A DNA stretch of 64,000 nucleotides, from positions 1 through 64,000 of IMG/VR virus record IMGVR_UViG_3300025438_000009; one strand, written 5' to 3'. How positions within the stretch are numbered: the stretch's first letter is position 1; the number at the start of each line of letters is the position of its first letter. This stretch comes from a virus. Under the pieces are notes generated by a model. That model had not been told where the DNA came from. It did no database searches and saw only the letters and a program-made list of their open reading frames with translations. Below are positions 39,489-50,300 of this stretch, piece after piece. The position numbers and the translations under genes were made by a program.

Positions 39489-40250
39489 AACTTATGCGGT
39501 AATACGGTAATGGCATTGCTGGAGCTTGAGTTGTTTGTTATGGAATCGTTATTGGCCAACCGCTAACTTTGTAGATTAGTTTGTGTATCAAGTTATGGCG
39601 CACTGCGTGTCGCCGGTGGAATTTTCTTTGACACTGTGTACATGAGGTTGAGCTTATGACCCCCCTGTTTGGGTGGGTGTGTTGTTGTTGAGTGTGCAAT
39701 TGTTTGTACAGAGTTGCTGGCCACCCCTGTGTCAGTGGTCATCATTACTATTGATAAGGGGGAAGCCTAGACCCCCACGCTGGCAGAGTAAAGAACCCCC
39801 TTGCCTAGGGGGTGCATGCCTGTAGGTGGTAGGGGGTAGCTTTGCCTATGTCTGTCAACAAGGTTGAAGAGGGTGGGTTGCACCAGAGTTACATGTTTGC
39901 TAGTACAAATCTTTTGTTGTTGTGTCTAGTACAAGAGGGGGGGGGTACACATTCTTTACTTGTATATATTTTTTCTTGGCCCCCCCTATTGAGGGGGGTG
40001 TACCTCTCTAAAACACATCATCTGCCCCAGAAAAAAGTGCGCAGCCCCTAAAATAAACAGAGGAGAAAGTATTCTGGAATTGACTTGACATCTGTGTAGC
40101 TAGGTGGTGTTGCAGACTTTTGCCGTGCCATGCGGGGGTGGGGTGAAAACAGGAAACCAGGCGATTTGCAGCTCAGCGCAGAGGCTCCCCACTCACCGAC
40201 CAAATGCAGTTTAACTAAGGGTACCGAAACGTACACTATGTACGTAAGAA

Positions 40251-40598
40251 CTAAGCCTTTTTTCTCGGAGCCCTCTTCTTAGGAGCAGGCTTTGCCTTAG
40301 CTGTAACAGGCACCGCCACAACCTCTTCCTCGGGTTCTCCGGCAATCTTGGCATCCAGGATGGCACTTCCGCCATCGGCAAGGAAGTGTGAGAAAGCAAT
40401 CTGCGCCTCTCGGGGGACGTCCATCACCTTCTCGAAGTCGACAATGTGTAGGACGTCGCCTACGGAGTCTAGAATCTCGTAGTCGTTTCCGACGAGCATT
40501 CCGACTAGTGAAACTTCTGCCAGTGTAGACTCACTGGTGCAGAATACGTTTAGCATGTAGTTGCGGTATGCCACGCTGATTTTGAATTCTTTGGACAT
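40251..40598 (-). CDS. hypothetical protein with Lys/Ala/Pro-rich tail
   Basis: AAGGAG RBS; C-terminal AKAKPAPKKRAPRKKA. Confidence 0.65.
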   Translation of the reverse strand: MSKEFKISVAYRNYMLNVFCTSESTLAEVSLVGMLVGNDYEILDSVGDVLHIVDFEKVMDVPREAQIAFSHFLADGGSAILDAKIAGEPEEEVVAVPVTAKAKPAPKKRAPRKKA

Positions 40599-40698
40599 GT
40601 CTCTCCTTAAGATTTACAACCCAAACTATATCAGAAAAATATAACTTTATTGTTCTATTTCCGCCCTTAAGTACCAAATCTTCCTGTAGAATCTTCTT

Positions 40699-41181
40699 AT
40701 GAGAAGGTCCGCCAGAAGTCAGCCACTTCCCCTCAAAGAGCAGAAGCATCTGCTCGCCCTCGTGGAAACCCCGCCTTTGCTCAAGGCTCGTTGCTACTCT
40801 CTCTATATGGCTGGGTGGACTCTTTCGGCTATTGGTGACGCTCTTGGGAAAGCTCGTTCGACAGTCCGTTCGTGGATTGTGTCTGGCCCGTATCCTTTCG
40901 ATACCACTATTCCTAAGCCTGCTGATAAAAGCTACGTCCGTCGACGCCCCATCTCTCCGGGCATTTCTCCTACCGACAAAAGTCGCCTTGCTAAGCTTGC
41001 GCCTATTGCCCGACGCTATCGGGCTAGACTCGCTCCCACGCATAGCGCTACACTTGCTAATAACGAACTTACGGATTTAACTCGCGCTCTCCACGCCACA
41101 GGCGTATCCATTCAACAACTTGCTGATGCCACGGGTGTCACATATCGTGCCATGTATAGAAGGGTCAAAAATGTCCGTTAA
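40699..41181 (+). CDS. double-HTH DNA-binding protein, paralog of 37520..38080
   Basis: GWTLSAIGDALG..RSTVRSW and GVSIQQLADATGVTYRAM. Confidence 0.8.
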   Translation: MRRSARSQPLPLKEQKHLLALVETPPLLKARCYSLYMAGWTLSAIGDALGKARSTVRSWIVSGPYPFDTTIPKPADKSYVRRRPISPGISPTDKSRLAKLAPIARRYRARLAPTHSATLANNELTDLTRALHATGVSIQQLADATGVTYRAMYRRVKNVR

Positions 41182-41548
41182 GTACGACCTTTTCCCCGCG
41201 TATGTTGCTATTCTTCCTTCCGATGACCCGACCCCTAATGACAGTATGTCTTCGGGTCCACAGAATCCTAGACATGCGAGGCATTTGGATAAGGCTCGGG
41301 TTGTGGTGTACCAGAATCGGATTATGATTGCTGTTGATAGTGATGAGGGCCCCCGAGTTGTTTTCCAGGAGAAGTACGACATCCCAATGTTTACTAGGTC
41401 TTCCTCGAGGGACGTTGACTCTTTCCTGACTACCGTTTCGGGAAAAAAGCTATCCTTCCGACGTAACGATGCCTGCGGGTGTGGGTCTCGTTTGAGAAGT
41501 TGGAATCCGTATAACACTCTTCATTCAAAAAACGACCCTACGGAGTAG
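41171..41548 (+). CDS. hypothetical protein with CGCG motif
   Basis: DLFPA..ACGCGSRL.SW.P. Confidence 0.65.
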   Translation: MSVKYDLFPAYVAILPSDDPTPNDSMSSGPQNPRHARHLDKARVVVYQNRIMIAVDSDEGPRVVFQEKYDIPMFTRSSSRDVDSFLTTVSGKKLSFRRNDACGCGSRLRSWNPYNTLHSKNDPTE

Positions 41549-41552
41549 ACAC

Positions 41553-41840
41553 ATGACCTTGACCTTTGTTGCGCTGGCTGTGCTGAGTGCGGCTACCTAT
41601 CGAATCTCGAAATTCTTTATTGAAGATTTTTTGTTCAACGGAATCCGTGAAAAAATTTTTACAAAATTTTCGCCCGAGACTTCTAAGATTGGCTATTTTT
41701 TTACGTGTTACTGGTGTATGAGTATGTGGATTGGAACAGCTCTTGCACTCGGTTATATACTAAATAGTAATGTTATGCTTGTAGTCTGCCTCCCCTTTGC
41801 GCTTTCCGCAATTGCAGGCATTATTAGCGATGTGAAGTAG
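41553..41840 (+). CDS. DUF1360-like membrane protein
   Basis: YRI..F...D..F...R, TCYWCMSMW. Confidence 0.7.
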   Translation: MTLTFVALAVLSAATYRISKFFIEDFLFNGIREKIFTKFSPETSKIGYFFTCYWCMSMWIGTALALGYILNSNVMLVVCLPFALSAIAGIISDVK

Positions 41841-41848
41841 GAGAAGCT

Positions 41849-43468
41849 GTGGGTGTTTTTCGTAAAGAGTCCGTTGCAGTACCTGCTCCATACTCCACCC
41901 CTCGCGCTTTAACGGCAGCAGCTGCCCAGGTTCGTCTTAATGATAGGGCTGAGGCTGAGCAGTTTAAGTCCCGGCGTGCGTCTTCTGTTAGTCAGTGGCA
42001 ACAGGAGGCGTGGGAGTACTACGACGCTATCGGCGAGATTAAGTACGCTTTTAGTCTTGTTGGTTCGGTTGTTTCTCGCGTCCGCCTTTACGCTGCAGTA
42101 ATTGAAAACCCAGCTAACGCTCCCGTTTCAGTTACGGACTCGGACACTATTGACCCTTCGCTTGCTGAGGCAGCACAACGTGCTTTGGCGAGACTTGATT
42201 CTGCATATGGCGGACTGGCTGGACTCCTTCGGGACGCAGCCCTCAACATTCTTGTTGCTGGTGAGTGCTATCTGATTCAGACTCCCGAGCGCATCGGCTC
42301 CAGCCTCCCTGAGACGTGGGACATTCGTTCTGTTGATGAGCTTAAGATTGACGGTCGCGGTCAGTACATTATTTCTACACGTAGGGACTTGAGCGCGGCT
42401 AACGTTGTTCCCGTTCCTAAGAACTCTTTTGTTGGACGTATCTGGCGTTCACACCCCCGCTATTCTGATGAGCCAGATTCTAGCTTGAAGGGTATATTAG
42501 ACCTTTGTTCCGAGCTGCTTTTGTTGAACCGTACTTTCCGCGCTACTGCCCGTTCGCGTCTGAACGCTGGTGCCCTCTACCTTCCCGACGGTCTTTCCGT
42601 TTCCGCTGGTCCAGAGAACGACTACCAGTTCGAAGATGAGATTGACATCACGAACCCGACTCCTGAGGAGGAGGAAGACGAGTTTGAAGAGCAACTGATT
42701 GATGCGATGACGACTCCTATCTCGGACGAGTCCTCCGCTAGTGCTGTTGTTCCTCTCATCATTCGCGGACCTGCTGAGCTTGGGGATGCTATCAAGCAGT
42801 TCAAGTTTGAGCGTTCTTTTGACCCAGCGCTAGCCGAGCGTTCTGACCGTGTTCTCGAACGCATCCTCCAGGGTCTTGATGTTCCTAAGGACATCGTTAC
42901 GGGTCTTGCGAATGTTCGCTACTCGAACGCTATTCAGATTGACGAGAGCCTTTACAAAGCCCACATTGAGCCTCTGATGCTTCTTATTGCAGACGCTCTC
43001 ACGGTTGTGTATTTTCGCCCCTACTTGCGTTCGCTCGGGCATGAGGATGCGGACATTGACCGCCTTGTTATTTGGTATGACCCTTCCGCTGTTAGTACGC
43101 GCAACGACCGTGCGATGGATGCGGACTCGGGCTTTGACAAGATGGCGGTTAGCTACGGTGCGTGGAGACACGCACACGGATTCTCGGAGGCAGACGCTCC
43201 TAGCCCAACAGAACTGGCTATGAGGTTAATGATTCAAAAGGGCATGATTACGCCCGAACTGACGGAAGCACTTCTTGCAACTTTTGCCCCCGAGGCAATG
43301 ACGGCTGTGCGTGATTCTGTTCAGTCTAAGAGTGACACCCCTGTTCCGACCGAGGTTGAGCAGATTCTTGAGCAACAGGGACCACCTGCAGAAGGGGGAG
43401 ACGAATCCGCACCTCCTGCTCCTCCAGGAGAAGAACCACCTATCCCGCTAGCCGAGCCAGAAGCATAA
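41849..43468 (+). CDS. portal protein
   Basis: WQQEAWEYYDAIGE, GECYL, RIWR.HPR..DS; position at start of head module. Confidence 0.85.
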   Translation: MGVFRKESVAVPAPYSTPRALTAAAAQVRLNDRAEAEQFKSRRASSVSQWQQEAWEYYDAIGEIKYAFSLVGSVVSRVRLYAAVIENPANAPVSVTDSDTIDPSLAEAAQRALARLDSAYGGLAGLLRDAALNILVAGECYLIQTPERIGSSLPETWDIRSVDELKIDGRGQYIISTRRDLSAANVVPVPKNSFVGRIWRSHPRYSDEPDSSLKGILDLCSELLLLNRTFRATARSRLNAGALYLPDGLSVSAGPENDYQFEDEIDITNPTPEEEEDEFEEQLIDAMTTPISDESSASAVVPLIIRGPAELGDAIKQFKFERSFDPALAERSDRVLERILQGLDVPKDIVTGLANVRYSNAIQIDESLYKAHIEPLMLLIADALTVVYFRPYLRSLGHEDADIDRLVIWYDPSAVSTRNDRAMDADSGFDKMAVSYGAWRHAHGFSEADAPSPTELAMRLMIQKGMITPELTEALLATFAPEAMTAVRDSVQSKSDTPVPTEVEQILEQQGPPAEGGDESAPPAPPGEEPPIPLAEPEA

Positions 43469-43477
43469 GGTACCCCA

Positions 43478-44041
43478 GTGTCTAATTTAAACTTTGTTAT
43501 AGACTCTTTGACGAGTGACGAGAATACACTTGTTGCGAGTGTTCGCAAGACTGACCCTTCTCAGAAGACTTTGATGCAGATTCTCAGTGACGAAGCTGAG
43601 CAGTTTAATCAGACGTTGCCAAAGCAACTACAGGCTAGTAAGAACGAGGTTGCTCTTCTTATTAGGCGAGAGCAGGATAATGGACATCCTGTTGCCATGC
43701 GTGCCGTAGGGCAGTACTTTAATACTCTCGAGAACCCGGATACTTTAACTCCTACGGAGCACAGGGATTTGCTTCCTAAGGGGCACCCGTTGTCTACAAG
43801 GTGGGTTTCTTCTTTTAAGATTCGTAGAGAAGTTGCACAGTTTTTCACTACGGACAAAAGAATCCCTGAAGGGGAAATACGCACCCTTGTTGCCTCCGCT
43901 CTTGTGTATGAGCCTGGCTCTGCTCAGCGCATGTTCTATGAGGAGGTCATTACCTTGAAAACAAGGAGCCTGCCCATACTTGCTATTATTGAGAGGGCTG
44001 ATATACTGATAGAGGAAAGGAAGAAAAGAATTAATGACTAA
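43478..44041 (+). CDS. hypothetical head-module protein
   Basis: DLLPKGHPLS motif shared with the 1984-aa protein (DLLPASHPKS). Confidence 0.6.
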   Translation: MSNLNFVIDSLTSDENTLVASVRKTDPSQKTLMQILSDEAEQFNQTLPKQLQASKNEVALLIRREQDNGHPVAMRAVGQYFNTLENPDTLTPTEHRDLLPKGHPLSTRWVSSFKIRREVAQFFTTDKRIPEGEIRTLVASALVYEPGSAQRMFYEEVITLKTRSLPILAIIERADILIEERKKRIND

Positions 44042-44240
44042 ATTAACCACAAAAATCATCAACAAGGCTCTGTACTATCGACTGACTAAGGCAACGATGG
44101 AAGAGTATCTCGAGGTTTACCCCATTGAAGATGAAGAAACTCTGGAGTATTTCAAGGGTTTTTGGGCAAGGCTAGACAAAGAGATTTCTGAGACTAAACT
44201 ACCACCAGGCGACTCCTGGGATATTCCTGCTGAGTGGTAA
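44034..44240 (+). CDS. small hypothetical protein
   Basis: overlapping start; ends WDIPAEW. Confidence 0.55.
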   Translation: MTKLTTKIINKALYYRLTKATMEEYLEVYPIEDEETLEYFKGFWARLDKEISETKLPPGDSWDIPAEW

Positions 44241-44306
44241 GAACACCTAAAAGTATTTGTACTAAACTTATTTAGTACACATTTTGACCTAGGAAAGAAG
44301 CCTGAA

Positions 44307-47300
44307 GTGAGCCAAGGACGTGACGTGCTGAAGGCCCTAATCGCGGCTATTAATCCTTTTGCTGGTGGGAACTCTCGGCTTGCTCGTTCTCTTCGAGCCC
44401 GCAAACAACCTCGTGACCGCAAGGGTAGGTTCATTCGGACTGGTTCTGGTGTTAAGTTTGATATCAGAATTGGTGGCAAGGTTGTCCCTCTTACTGCACG
44501 CTCTGTAGGTTCTGCTTCTCGCGAGGGCTACATTCAAATGTATGTTCCGGCAGGCGACCCCAATCTACCCGCAGGATTCTACGAGGTCGAGTCTGGCAAG
44601 GGTATGCTTGTTCAGGCGGTTATTGATGCTCCTGAAGTTGGGGACTCTAGTGTCTCAGTTACAGACAAGAACATTATTGACCTTGAAAGTATCAGAACCT
44701 CTGACTCTCCCGAGGGCTGGGACTTTGAACCTGGCGAAAATGGCGAGGACCGTTGGGTTAGTCAGGATGGAAAACTTGAGATTCTTGATAACTCTGAGAC
44801 GGGGAAAATTGAGCTCAGTGAAAATGGCAAAAAGATTTCTGAGCATGCTGAAGTTCCCGACGCTTTTGTAGCGTCTGACAAGCGAGACATTGAACAGTCT
44901 CTAACAAAAAACTCTAAGACAGTTGTTGCCCGCCTCCGTGCCAACCTCGATGATGCTGAAACGGCTAAAGACGCTGGCCCAACAGATGCCAAAAATGCGA
45001 GAGAAGCTCTCGACAATGCTCTTTTTGATGACCCAGATTCCGAAGAAAAACTTGCGCTTGTTGATTCAGAGGCACCCGACCCAGAGAGCATGGGTGAGAG
45101 CGTACAGCTTTCCCCAAAGGACCTCGCAGACATGCGTAGAAGTCCGCTTACCTCTCAGCACCTTAATGAAGACGGAACTTTTACCGAAGAGCGCCAGGCT
45201 TTACACGATGAAATAATCCGCAGGGCCTTAGAGGGCTCAACCCCCGTTGAGAACCCTACTCAGTGGATGAATGGTGGCGGTCCTGGTTCCGGGAAGAGCT
45301 CACTCACTGAGGGTGTCAACAAAGAGCTTACGGGTTATGACGAGAACTCCGTTCTTCTTGACCCTGATGAGGTTAAGCGCGAACTACCTGAGGTCCAGGA
45401 GGCTCTTGCTCGGATTGAGGCTGGCGAGGCTACTGAGGATGATATTGAGTGGGCTGGTCTTAGCCATGAAGAGAGTAGTTACATTGCTAAGCGTATTCAC
45501 CTCGCTGCTCTTGAGCGCCACCACAACGTTATTTTTGACGGTACAGGCGATGGAAGCGTAGACAGCGTCCGTAAAAAGGTCGAGCTTGCCCGGAAGAATG
45601 GCTATAAGCGCATTGAGGCTAACTACCTGTATCTGGAGCCCGATGAGGGCATTAAGCGTGCCAAAGAGCGTCAGGCTAAAAGTCACCGTAAGGTTCCTAC
45701 TAAAGTCATCGAGGAGACCTACCAGACCGTCTCTAGTATTTTTCCAGAGCTTGCAGAGTCTGGCATTTTTGATACGCTTCGTTTGTTTGACAACAACCAG
45801 GAGCGTGGTGTCACTGCCAAACTAATTTTTGAGCAGGTTGATGGTGATACTCAAGTTCTTGATGACGACGCATACGACAGGTTTCAGAAGGCTCGCCCTA
45901 CCGGGGGTGCGCCACCCCCACCAGTTGAAGAGGTCGTGGAGATTTCAGCTCCAGAGGCACCGACGACACCAGAAGCCACGTTGCCTGACGGCGAGGACTC
46001 CCCACAGCTCCCCCGTATAGAGCGAACTCTTGACGAAGTCAACGCGGAACTTGCCGAGTTAAATGAGCGGATGCGCGAGCTAGAGGCGTCTGGGGCGGAC
46101 GTCACGACTCCCGAAGAGTTTGATGCGCATGTCCAAGAGACGATAGACCTCCTAGCTGAGATTGACGAAGTCCAAAATGAAAGAGTTCCTCTTGTTGTCA
46201 GAGAGGCCATGAGACAGGCAGTTGACAATCGGGACAGAGATACGCTAGAGTCGCTAAACACATCTATTGATTCTGCCGAAGCCGAGAGTATTAGACTTAA
46301 GAGCAGAGGACAGGACGCATCTGAATCTGAGGAAAGATACCAAAATCTTATTGCCCAAAGAGATGCCTTACTAGAAAGAAGAGAGAACAATGTCGGAGAA
46401 ATTGGACCAACAACTGACAGAAGACCAGCGGGAACAGTTCCTAGCGGTGTGGAAGGAGCGCCGTCCCGAAGTGCTCGAGTGGAGCGACAAGGAGATACTC
46501 TACGCGATGTTTCTGGGAATGTAGTTGCCACCAGGATTGATGGTCCCTCTAACGCAAACGAAATAGATGCTGACGGTAGCAGGCTTGTAGAACTATTCGA
46601 GGTCAACTCCGACCAGGCAGAGCTTTTTAGGGGGGCTCTTCAGTCCAGTGTGGACGCCAGTGAGCACGGTAGCTCTGTTACCGTCCACGACTTGGAGTAT
46701 TACCAGCAAGACGGGGTCCGTATGTTCCTCACCCAGGATGGGCTGGGTGGAGTCGTTCTCAATGGAGATGAAATAGTCTCCGGCTTCATGCACCCCGGGG
46801 CTTCTGACCGTGGACAGGGTGCCATTATCTCTATGGTCTCTAGTATGGTAGACCGCGGCGGTCGCCGTCTGGATGCTTATGACACTGTGCTTCCTGACTT
46901 TTATGCCGAAGCTGGGTTTAAACCCGTTGGCAGGATTAAGTGGGATGACGCAGAGGCGCCTGAGGGTTGGAATTACGAGCTATATAGCAGGTGGAATAAT
47001 GGTCGTCCCGACATTGTATTTATGGCATACGACCCTGAGCGTGTTGGGTCTGACTATAACAATACCGAGGGCGAGTTACTAAGTGACTATGGACGCGGTG
47101 AGGTACTTCAGCGGGAGGTTTTGGCAACTCTGGATGATTCTACAGTCTCTGAGATTTTGGAGGAGAGGAATAGTCTTTTTGCTGAGCGTCGTCGCCTTGC
47201 CCTGGAGGTTAACGAAGAGTTAAAGTCTCCTGACGGGCTTCTTCTTGGGGCAGTCCCCATCGGTGACCGTGGCGCTCCTGATAATCTTTCTCTTATCTAC

Positions 47301-50300
47301 GCGCCTGTTGGTCAAACCGTTGAGGTCACTAATGACGACGGCACAAAACGTCGCTATAAGAAAGTTTTTACTGGTCTTTGGAAGCGCGTTGATGACCCCA
47401 CAGACTTAAAGCGTTACCGCTCACACCAGATTCGAACTGGTTTTATGGAGTACGTCCGCCCTAGGGATGACGATAGTGTTTCTCCTAGTATTGCTCCTAG
47501 CCCCACAACCAGCGCTCCCGTAGCTGTCCCTTACTTTTTTCCTCCCAATACCAGTAAAGAAGAGCTCGAGTCTTTAAGAGAGTCTTACCAGCGCCAGGTG
47601 GGTAGCTCAGACAATGCTGTTGACTCAGAGCGCTCTGCAGCGACCGTTCGGCTTATTGACCGTTTGTTGGCGTCTCGGGGGGGAGAGATTCTAGACAACA
47701 CTCCTGAAACTCCGGATAATACGCCTAGCCGTAGAATGGGTGCGCCTCTTCTGCCTGACAACTTGCCAACTTTGGGTAAGAGCACTGAGCCGTACACTCC
47801 AGGACAGGTTGATGTTCCGGGCGCAAGTGATGACCCTGCAGTAATTGCTAATACTTTCCGTGAGGTTGACCTTAAGAATTCTTACGAAATGGCTCTTATC
47901 ACCAACTCAGACATGGTGAGGACTAACTTTCCTCCTGCTGAGGACGAGATTTTTGGGGCAGAAGTTAACTTGCCTATTGACGCTGTCCGTGATGCTTTGC
48001 AACTCATGGGCATTGACACAAATCAAACCGTAGAAACGATAGAGACTATTGAGCAGAATCGGGGCGAAGAGAGCACCGACCCAGTAACAACTGCAGACAT
48101 TGAAGAATATAACTTTAATCAAAAAGAGCTCGAAAATCTTTATGGCTCATATGAACAACTTCGGAGCGCTAGAGCTTACGCTGTATCATCCGGACAGCCC
48201 GACTCTAGCATTGCCAATGTTGATGAAAGAATGCGTGCCCTTCGGGAAAGAATTCGTAGGCTTGAGTCTCAAGGTTTAAGAATTACTGAGCGTCCTGAGA
48301 CAGTTGATGTCGGCCAGTTCAGGTGGGATTCTAGTGACCCAGACATTTACCGTCCAGGGCTTGTCATGGAGGCCCTCAGGAAGAAGTATCCAAACGCTAC
48401 AGAAAACTCAGATGGTGAGTTGGTTATTGGAGAAGCCGAATACACTGTCGCCAACGGCAAAAGATTTAAGTACGAAGCAGTCATCACAAAGACGGACGAC
48501 GAGCTTTTCTATGTGTACATTCGAGAGACGAACTTGGGGGAGGAGGACCCAGCTAAGCGTTTCCGCTCAATTCGTTATGGTGAGATGCGTCACTCTGCTA
48601 GGGCTGTTAACATCCAGGCAATGAAGGCCCTAAAGAAAATTGACAACAGCGCTGGTGGCTCTAACATTCACTCTTGGTTCAATGACCGCAGACGCGCCCG
48701 TGAGGGACGCGCAGCTAAGTTTGATGTGGCTGATGCCCAAGGGATGCCCCATCACATTCGGGATATGGTGTTGACTCGTGAGTCTATCCGAAAGATTCAA
48801 GAAGCCGTTGATGAAGATGGCATCACTGAAGAGATGGTTACAACTCTTTATAACTACATCAACAACTTTGGTAATAACGCTAATGTCATGCTCGCACTTT
48901 ATGACACGTTTGGTCTTGACACTCCCACCTTGAACCGCTTTGTTGATGCTACTAACCAGCACATCCATGAGCGTGACGGACTCAATACTTTTTCGCTGTG
49001 GGAGTCTGATAATGGCACTCCGCTTGCCGAGGGTGACATAGTTACGTATACGGGAGACCCAAGTCAAACAGGCTTCGATAATAACGCTGGCCGACGAGCT
49101 ATTGTTAAAATCCGTAGCTTGGAGCACCGCTCTGGTGGGTACACGTACACGGATTATGTACAGATTAAGTTTATTGACGATGACGATGTCCCTATTCCTG
49201 GAATAGATTATCTTGTTGTTTCTTCGCACAATCTTCGCTTGGACAGAACTTTTGGAAACACTGATGGCTCTGAGCGTCGAGGGCCTAATGCAATCTCTAC
49301 GCCACTGCCTGTCTTGACTACTCGCGCTGGGAACCGCTATGCGGGACAGGGCCGACTGGGTAGTATCTCTCCTTACGTTACGGAGTATGACCGAGACACG
49401 ATGGCAAGTCCGACAGTTGAGATTGACGGGGTTAAGTACCCTGTTCAGGCGTCTCGTCAAAGCTTGGTTGGACCAGACTTAACAAATATTGTTGCTCGCC
49501 CTGGGGATATGCAAACTGGCGATTTTATTATGCAGTTTGACCCCACATTTAGCTCTAGGCGTTTGGTTGAAGTTGTCAACGTGGAGACTCTAGAGAGTGG
49601 AAACGTTCGTCTTACACTTGTTGAGCCTATCAATATTTCATCGGCACGGGTGTCTCAAACAGAATTTGACGCTAATTCTACGCTAGCTATTGATGCGTAC
49701 CGCAAGGACCCTAACTACGCTCCTGAGAGCGGACTTACTATGAGCCACGTTGGGCGCTTGGCTGAAACTGTGCGAACCACTAATATTGACGCACTTACCC
49801 CTAGGAGCCGGGAAGTTATTCGGGGAATTCTGGGTAGCGCTGATGCAAGAGGCATTGAGAGTGGCGAGTTCACTCTTGAGGACTACAATGATGCGTTCCT
49901 GGATATGCTGGATAACCAGAACAATGAGCCGAGGGGTCCGGTTTCACTGGCGGAGGCTCGCAGGGCAGTGGAGAATGCTTCAAACCGTGGACTACCCGAC
50001 GGTGACGCATTTTCTTCCATAAATTCTGTACGTGACGCTTCCGTTTCTCGGGGGGCAGAGCTGGGTGTTGATACTGGAGTAGAGACCCTGCCCTCTCAAA
50101 TTATCCCGGAGGGCCCGCCCGTTCTAGAGACTCTAATTCCCGCTAATCTTCAGCAGGGTCCTTATGGCCCCAATGCTGGTGTGGTTGAGGGTGTGGATAG
50201 GGCTAGGATGGTAGAAATCCTGAGTATGCCAAAGAGTGTAGCCAGAACAAGAGCCTTTAATACAATTATTCGTGCTTCTGTGGGAGATAAGGTCTTTGGC

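Larger units (their letters stand above)
21061..39962. repeat. dispersed 19-bp motif (G)AACGTAAAGAA(T/A)(G/C)TGTAC, 11 copies
   Basis: + at 21061, 23428, 27570, 28403, 29284, 30336, 31842, 33624, 37775; - at 36541, 39945. Confidence 0.9.
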
